From Monocercomonoides exilis PA203 (lineage: Eukaryota > Protista > Preaxostyla): a stretch of 28,058 bases of DNA. The notes under the pieces are model-generated. The model was not told the origin of the DNA. It was given only the letters and a program-made list of their open reading frames with translations, and did no database searches. Every line of letters begins with the position of its first letter. Position 1 is the stretch's first letter. This document shows, piece by piece, positions 20,555 through 28,058 of the stretch. The stretch lies in NCBI GenBank assembly GCA_001643675.2, contig LSRY02000092.1, positions 1 to 28,058 of the forward strand, given 5' to 3'. The position numbers and the translations under genes were made by a program.

Positions 20555-22007
20555 TCACAAAATAATCAGAAATATTTTTGATAACCCTCTATAATATTTT
20601 TCATAAAGAAAAGAAATTACTCCATAAAAGCTGACAAAGCTGTCTTCGTATCCTTCTTCTTCCAGCTTTTCAAATATCTCCATTTTGATTGCCTTTCTTT
20701 TCATTTCATCATTTTCACTTTTCTCCTTTCCTTTCAATCGCCTTGAAATGCTCTTATAGAAATGCAGGATTTTGTTTGCCATTTCGTCAACAATTGTTGT
20801 CCCATGAATCTCCTCCAAAACAGCATCAATTGCTCCACCTTTCAGCAAATCATCAACTTTCACATCTTCAACATCTGAAGCAAGTTGAAGTAAATACATG
20901 CTTCTGTTGCAAATTTCTCCATTATTATCCTTACCTGCATAAAATACTTGAACAATCCTGTAAATTAGCCTTGAACAGTCTTCAATTCTCAATTGACAGC
21001 AGAAAATGAAATTCTTCAATGTTCGGCTCCATGAAATCAAAAGAATCTCTTCTTTCGTTTCTTTTCTTTTTCCATTTTCCTCTTCTTTTCTCTTCCAATC
21101 CATACATTTTGAAAGCTCTTCTAATTCTCTCTCTGCTTCTCTCACAAAATGCAGTTCTTTCGTAATCACTTCTTCCAAGCTTTTGTCATTGGAAAAACTT
21201 TTAATCAAACAATCCCAAGCAGATAAATAGGCAACATGAGTCAAATTGCGATGTTCCTGATGATATTGGATTATCTCTTTGACCACATTCAAGTACAATC
21301 CTTGATCCATTTCCTTATTTAAAAAAATGAGAGAAAAATCCAAAAAGAAAGAAAAGAAAGAAAATAAATACACTCATACATTATATAGATAATTGATCAA
21401 GGCCAACAATGCTATTTCCACTTCTTTTTGGTTTCTTCATTATCCTCTTTGTTCGATGCAGCTTTCAGAAGGCAAGGAACACAAATTGATTCCAATTCAT
21501 TAGAAGTATCATCATCTTTCAGTAAAACAAAGCATTCGCAAAGATCGACCAGAAAATTTTCATTCTTTTTCCTTTCTTCTTCTCATTTTCATAAATAATT
21601 ATCTTCTCAAATCTTTTGTTCAGTGAAGAATATTTAAAGTCAAAGATCCAAATTCTTTTCAGCACATTGTAATATCCAGCATGCTTCAACAACAAAATTG
21701 CGTTTCTCCACGATAATGTCTTTTCTTCAATCATTTTGTCCATTTTATCAAACAGTTTTGTTCTGAAAATGGATATGAATTCTTGTTCATTCATTTCCTC
21801 AATCATTCCGTTCATTTCAAGGATTGTATGCTTTTGTTCAATTTCATTACAGTGTTCCAGCTTGCGAAGAAATTCTTCCAAAATTATCGAAACATGTCAA
21901 ATAAAGTTCTTTAAAACAATAGATTAAATTCACACACTTGAAAACCTGTCTGCAAGGGAAAGCTCCTGAACATTGTCAATGGATTTGTCTTCATAACATA
22001 TTTCCAT
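20555..22007 (-). CDS. 3-exon hypothetical alpha-helical (ARM/HEAT-like) protein of a multicopy family, paralog A, with frameshifts
   Basis: ATG 22007; GT-AG introns at 21937..21875 and 21379..21314. Motifs ICVPCLLKAA, KEVEIALLAL, EIIQYHQEHRNLTHVAYLSAW, ELHFVREA, KGGAIDAVLEE and KLEEEGYED are shared with paralog B. Frameshifts in A-runs near 21570, 21430 and probably 20575. Confidence 0.8.
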
Positions 22008-22779
22008 TCTGTCTATTATTAGCAATGATCAATTTGCAGCAAAATTTCAAATGAAAAACAGAAAAACAAACAGAAAAACAAACATTGTTGATAATTGACA
22101 AAATTAAAATATAATTGTCAAACTCGATTCTTTTGCTTAGTAAAAATGTATGTTAAAAAATAAATCACAAAGAAGCTAACGATATAGGCTATTTTAAGCA
22201 AGCAAGAAAGAGTTTAATTTCTTTCTGATCGAATAAACAATAAATTATTTCAAGGATATGGATTGAATTTTGAATGAGATTTTGAACATATTTTAAAATA
22301 TCCAACATGTCTGGAATTGAATATTAAAAAAATATCTATTTTAACATTCTGAGTGGAACAAAGAAGGGAAATTGGTGCTTTTGAACTTTTCGAAGAAGAG
22401 ACAAAAAAGCAACATTTTGTTCATTGATCGTGTGTGTGCTTCAATGCCCCCTTTAAATTAAAACATATTTGTATTTCAATTTTAGCACTCACATTTTGTT
22501 TCATCTGGAAGCTTTACTTCATCGAAATGATTTTTCTGTTATTTCAGTGTATTTGCTGGTTTCCGTGAATGTTCCAAATTTAATGTGTTGAGTATAGTTA
22601 TAAGCAATCGGGATAATTTTATTATTTGTTCGTTTCTTGAGTGGGTCATCCAGGCTGAAGGAAGATTGTGAGGGAATCATGCTTTCAACAATTCGCAGTT
22701 TTTGAAACAAGGACGAATGTCGATTGAATGCCTTTGGAGCAACATCAAGGCAACAATGGGCAAAATTGTTAATTGACCA

Positions 22780-25150
22780 TTGAAAGAGATTCTTTTACAA
22801 AAGGCTTTGAAGCTGTTTGAACATGAAAGTATACGAGAAAACGAAGGAAGATTAATGAAATATGTTGAACCAAGTACATGCTGAATTTTGAATTCATTTC
22901 AACACATTTATCGTTTGATGGTGATTTCCACTTGATGTGTATTTTCCCTTCAAGCTGCTTGTTGCATTTTGTTGAAAGTCATCATTTTTGGTTGTTTTGA
23001 TGGTTATTGTTGATTCACCGATTTCGGTGTGGATTTCGAGGCAAACCTTGAAGCCACATGGAAGAAGAAGAAACGAATCAAAAAGACAGAACAGATAACG
23101 ATAGAAATGTTTGATCAAATTATGTGTGCAATTCGTTAGATGTTGCATTTGAACAATTTTTATTTTAATAAGAAAGAAAGAAAGATTATTAAAAAATTAA
23201 AATAAATCTAAATTTTTGCAATGATAATTTCATGTTAACACTTTTTCTTTTTCTTTTCTTTTTCCTTTTCTTTTATAATTTTTTGATTTTTCTTTCTTTC
23301 TTTCTTTTTTTCTTTTCTTTTCTTTTTTTTTTTTTGGAATTTCTTTATAACTTCACTCTAAAACTAATTCTAACTGCAGATTATCACCAATTCCATCCAC
23401 GAAAACTTGCAGTCGCTTGTGAATGCGCTCACCCTCATCGTGCTTGTTATCTTGTACTTCTGGCAGCATCTGCCTTTGAATGTGTCTTTCTTGTATCCTT
23501 CCATCCGAATCATTGAATCACTCAGGACATCGCTGAACAGAATTCCGTCGATGTTGAACAGCATCTGGATGGAGAAAACTGTCATTGACAGAGTGGAGAT
23601 GCTGCTGCAGTCTATTGAGTCTGCTGACAAATGCGAAGGAAAAGAAAGAGAAGAGGGAGAAGAGGTGGTTAGAGATATCAGGCCATTTGGAAACGGAAGG
23701 GATGATAAAAGGGAGGAGGAAATGAAGAAAAAGAAGGTGAAGAAGATAAAAAGAAAGAAGATATTGCTGATTTGTCGATGAATTTTGGGAAGGATGAAAA
23801 AGTTCGATTTCATTCACAAACAAAGAAAATTCCAAAAGTGATGATGATGATTATGATGGTGGAGTGAGGTGTATCAAAGAAAACTCATTGAAAGTGTTGA
23901 AAAGAAAGAGAAAGAGATAAAGAAAAAGGGAGCGAAGAAGAAAAAGATCATCATAATGATGACAAAGAAGATATAGTGATTAGCCTGTCAAATGCATCGT
24001 TTGCATGGGGTCGCTGTGAAGTTACCAACAAAAAAATAGAAAGAAATACAAAGAAAAAAGGCAATAAAATGCAACTCAAAACATCGACAAAAGATGAGAA
24101 TGAAGGAGAGGAAAGAAAGAAGATAAAGAAGATGAGAAGAGAAAAGAAGAAAAGAAGAAGAAAAAGGATAAATTGCGATCATCTCCAACTGTTTTGTCAA
24201 CTTCTTCCTCTTCCTTCTTCTTCTTCCTCCTCCTTCCTCCTCCTCTCTTCTTCCTCTTCTTCTCGTCATTCCTCCTTCCTCCACTCGTTTCTCTCGATCT
24301 TCGTCTTGTTGTATGGACTCGATCACTCATCCCACATTAGTCCTCTTCCTTCTCCTTTGCCATCTCCTCGTCCCTTCCTCCACAACACCTCCTTCTCTCT
24401 TCCAAGGCATTCACACTCTCCTCTTCGGCCCTGTTGGCTGTGGCAAGTCAGCGCTGCCAGCGTCCATTCTGGGGGAGACAATCTGTTTGGAAGGGAAAGG
24501 TTATTTGAGGGAAAGGTGGCTTATGTGTCTCAGGTGTGTGAGTTAGAAAGAATAAAAGAAAATTAGTTATTATTTATTTATTATTAATATTTTAATAACT
24601 TTATCTCTTTCAAACATTATATTCATCATTTGTCTCACTGAATTTATATTCTTCTTCTTTTTCTTCCTCTTCTTCTTCTTCTAATATGCATCATGTATCT
24701 GTTCCTCTATCATTTCCGTTCAGATTCCCCACATTTTCAACGACACCATCAAATCCAACATCCTCTTTCACACTCCCTTCGACCCTGTCCGCTTCAATCA
24801 TGTTATTCAAGAATGTTTGTTGGAACAAGACTTGGTCATTGTTCCTGGTGGAGATAAAGCAGAAGTGGGCGAAAGAGGATACAACCTGTTGGGCGGGCGG
24901 CGTGTGCGGATAGCTTTGGCGAGGGCAGTCTATTCATCGGCTGAGGTGTTTCTGTTGGATTACATTTTAGCGAGAGCAAAATGCTCATGTTAAGCAGACG
25001 CTGATGAAAAAGTGCATCTACCAGCTGTTGAAAGGGAAGACTGTCTTTATCGACACACACAACACAAAATATCTGCCTTATTTAGACACAGCCATCGCTA
25101 TGTTGGAAGAAGAGAGGATCAGAAAGATTGGAGGGGTGGAGGAGTTTTAG
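22780..25150 (+). pseudogene. ABCC/MRP-type ABC transporter pseudogene (TMD1 remnant plus NBD1)
   Basis: TMD1-like LKEILLQKALKL...NEGRLMKYV (22780-22866) and YPSIRIIESLRTSLNRIPSMLNSI...IDRVEMLL (exon from 23380). Walker A GPVGCGKS (24427-24450); Q-loop VAYVSQ|IPHIFNDTIKSNILF across an intron; GERGYNLLGGRRVRIALARAVYSSAEVFLLD (from 24868); H-loop KTVFIDTHN. Several stops and frameshifts; signature and Walker B/D-loop are degenerate. Confidence 0.88.
24534..24723 (+). other. Spliceosomal intron (190 bp) in the ABCC pseudogene
   Basis: CAG|GTGTGT...TTCAG|ATT; removal restores the ABCC Q-loop region in frame. Confidence 0.85.
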
Positions 25151-26329
25151 GGGATTGTGAAAGAGACGGGGAAGTTGATGCACTTTTCGTTGGATGCACA
25201 AAGACAGATCTCTCAATCACTTCCTGTTCATTTGGCAAGTGCTCATCAAGCAGTGGCGAAGGAGGAACAATGTTCTGTCAATGCTTGTTTGATAGGCATC
25301 CCAAATCCAAAGTTCGATGATTACCCTTCCATGTAATTTTGCTGTTGCAGTTAAATGCAAAGCAAACGCCTTCGAGCTTTCGTCGGTTTTTATTATTCTT
25401 TTGTCTTCCGTTCGGAAAAATTATATTTTTAAGTTCAAAAAAATTGAATTTGTGATTGAATTTGTTGGTGTTCTCCATCCGTAGCTGGAACAATATCAAC
25501 AAATCTAATTGTTGTGTTTGAAGCAGGTTTATTGGAAATAAATATCAACTTTTTTTGACAATTTTTCAAAATAAATTTCAAGAGTCTTGCTTTTTCATTG
25601 CTCACAAGAGAGCTTTTCGTTGATATTCTACTTTCGATTCTATTTTATGAGCGTTTTTCAATAACTATGATATTTATTCTTCGAATTCAAAGAAACTTCC
25701 AAATTTAATCGATCAATAAAGGATTTCTGAAGCTCAAATATTCAAAAGCTACGAACAGCGTCTGTGTTCATAAAAGCATCATCATAAAAATTGAGCATGC
25801 TTCCGACGCAAAACCTTTCAAAAAAAAAAAAAAATGAATGGTGTGTTTTTCACGATCATTTCTAATTAAAGGATTAATTTTAGAAAATTCCATTAATAAT
25901 TTATGCTTCTCATCTTCTTTCAGATCTTTGCAGCTTCAGTCAAAATAAAGAATTCATTTTTATGCACGAATGGCAGTTTAATTATTGAGTTATGTTAATT
26001 CAATTCATGTGTATTTATTTGTGATTTTTCCTCATAGATGAAAGACGAATTTTTATCTATTGGTTTGATCAGAAAATTATAAATTTTCTGTTTTTCCATC
26101 TTATTTTAGAGAAAAGTCATAAATATTAACTATCTTCTGTTATACCATGAATTCTACAGCAGATTTATTGAAACTATTAACGCTATTGTTTTTTCCTAAC
26201 TTGATATTATTTTATGTTTGGATTATTTGCATAATTATTAAATTAGTGATGTTATATTAGAAATTTAAAACAACAATTTTTAATAAAAGAAAGTTTCGTA
26301 GATAATTACAACGGAATTTTGATCAATTG

Positions 26330-27795
26330 ATGCATTCATCTCAAAAATTTTTGGGTTTGTTTTAATCATAATTTTCTGTGTTTAATAACAATGTTTTTTA
26401 ATTTCTAAATTTTTAGAAATACTTTCCGAATTGGAAAAATATTCTATTGATGAACAAAAACAAAAGGTTGTTGAAATGAACGCTCTGTTTGACAAGATGA
26501 ACAGAGTTGAACTTAAATCAATTTTTACATCGATATTGTTCAAAAGAATTGACGAATTAACAGAGGAAAAGAATGTGCACTTAGAATATGTAATATTGCT
26601 ATTGAAATATGCTGGCTGCTACAAAGTATTGAATGGCTTGATGAGCATTAGCTCTTGCATTTCTTCATTGGTACAAAAAATAGAAAAGATGATTTTTGAG
26701 GAATGGAAGAAAAAAGGAGAAAAGAACGAAACGCTTCTAATTGATCTTTTTGAAAGCTATTTTACTGTTGGTAACTATTTTACAAAAAAAGTTATATCAA
26801 TCGGCGTGCCATTCCTTTTGAAAGTTGCTTTGAGAAAAGATACAAATACAGAAATCAAAGAAGTGGAAATGTCATTATTGGCTTTAAGTTGTATTCAATT
26901 ATCTGAAGTTTGAAATTTTCATTTTCTTTTATGATATTTTAGTGTTTCTTTCTTTCTTTCTTGAATAGAAATTAGATAAAAAAGCATATTTAAGTTATGC
27001 TTCAGAAATCATCAAATATCATCAGGAGCATCGCAATCTGACACGACTTGCTTACCAATCCGCTTGGTGTTTTTTGTTGAGCAGGTTAGAAAAAGAAAGA
27101 AAACTCGGATATATTATTGTGAACAAGCTTCATTTCGTAAAAGAAGCAATAAGAGAATTTGAAGAGCTGCTGGGGCGTGTGCAATGGAAAGAAATGAAAA
27201 GCAGAAAAAAAGAAACAAAAGAAATGTGGATTATCAAAAGGTGGATTTCGACACTTTATTTGTGTTTTGATAATTGCACCCTTAGCAGTGAAGATAATGT
27301 GAAGATGGTTGCATGCGTAGTGAAAGTGGGGAGGGAAGCAAGATGCGCCAGAAGAAAAATCAACGAAAAATGTGTTGATCTATTTAATTTAATCGTTGGG
27401 GCTACAAATATACCCTTTGAAGACATTGCTAAAGGCGGAGCAATTGATTTTGTTCTGGAAGAGCATTATCAAACAACAATAGAATATGTGACAATACCCA
27501 GAGGTGTTTGATATTCATGAGCTCTCTTCTATTCAGAATGAGAGCAAGAAAGGAGAAAATGAATACGGTTGTGTCATTTTTGGCTCCGATTTGGTGTAAA
27601 CTGACCAGAAAGGAAAGCGAAAGCGCCTTTCAGGCAAAAACAGAAGCAGAGAAAAGAATGGCCATTGACAAGCTGGAGGAGGAAGGATACGACGACATCG
27701 TTGTCAGCTTCTATGGGATGTTTAATGGGGACAAGTACTATTTTCATGTTTCAAAGAATTTTACGGATTACTGTATTCATTGCAAGGCCTCGTAA
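26330..27795 (+). CDS. 3-exon hypothetical alpha-helical protein, paralog B, one frameshift near 27500
   Basis: Putative ATG 26330; GT-AG introns 26355..26416 and 26908..26968 at positions equivalent to paralog A. Motifs IGVPFLLKVAL, KEVEMSLLAL, EIIKYHQEHRNLTRLAYQSAW, KLHFVKEA, KGGAIDFVLEE and KLEEEGYDD. Confidence 0.8.
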
Positions 27796-27837
27796 TGACA
27801 TGTTTCTTGATAGGGAATCTATTCTTTATGCGGTATT

Positions 27838-28058
27838 TCAAACTTTTGAAGAAAAAAATTGGTATTTTTCTGCAACAAAAACGACTTTGTCGTAATCGCT
27901 GTCATCAACTTCTTCGACTTTGTCATCATCATCATCACCGTCTTTTTCTTCAAATTCTACTTCATTTTCTTCTTCATATTCTTCTTCATGTTCTTCTTCG
28001 TATTCTTCGTCTTCTAAAAATTTCAAAGTTAGAAAATTTTTACCGTATATTTCTCTTT
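27838..28058 (-). CDS. Possible 3' end of an acidic-tailed gene continuing beyond the window
   Basis: Frame open to the window edge: EIYGKNFLTLKFLEDEEYEEEHEEE...DDDDD...FSSKV*. Confidence 0.4.
   Translation of the reverse strand, partial: REIYGKNFLTLKFLEDEEYEEEHEEEYEEENEVEFEEKDGDDDDDKVEEVDDSDYDKVVFVAEKYQFFSSKV

Overview
This window is the end of a eukaryotic (protist) chromosome. A ~2.4 kb C-rich-strand telomere (mixed CCCTAA/CCTAA) is punctuated nine times by an invariant 11-mer, CCTAGTTTGAA, and the last copy forms the telomere/subtelomere junction. The first gene inward, transcribed toward the telomere, is an intronless tyrosine recombinase with a complete R-K-HxxR-W-Y catalytic set fused to a C-terminal Myb/SANT-like domain. 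Next come a family of GGGTGATT-terminated MITEs and an intronless gene of ~20 exact 30-aa ankyrin-like repeats with fixed scaffold and hypervariable positions. Further in lie a decayed GC-richer gene, microsatellites, an ABCC/MRP transporter pseudogene, and two divergent 3-exon paralogs of a helical hypothetical-protein family. That family, the short GT-AG introns and the standard genetic code suggest an oxymonad such as Monocercomonoides (from recollection, not searched). Many frameshifts sit in homopolymers, so long-read errors are likely. The best candidate for a new system is a telomere-associated YR-Myb recombinase paired with the 11-mer sites embedded in the telomere, with the variable repeat protein as a possible partner or cargo.
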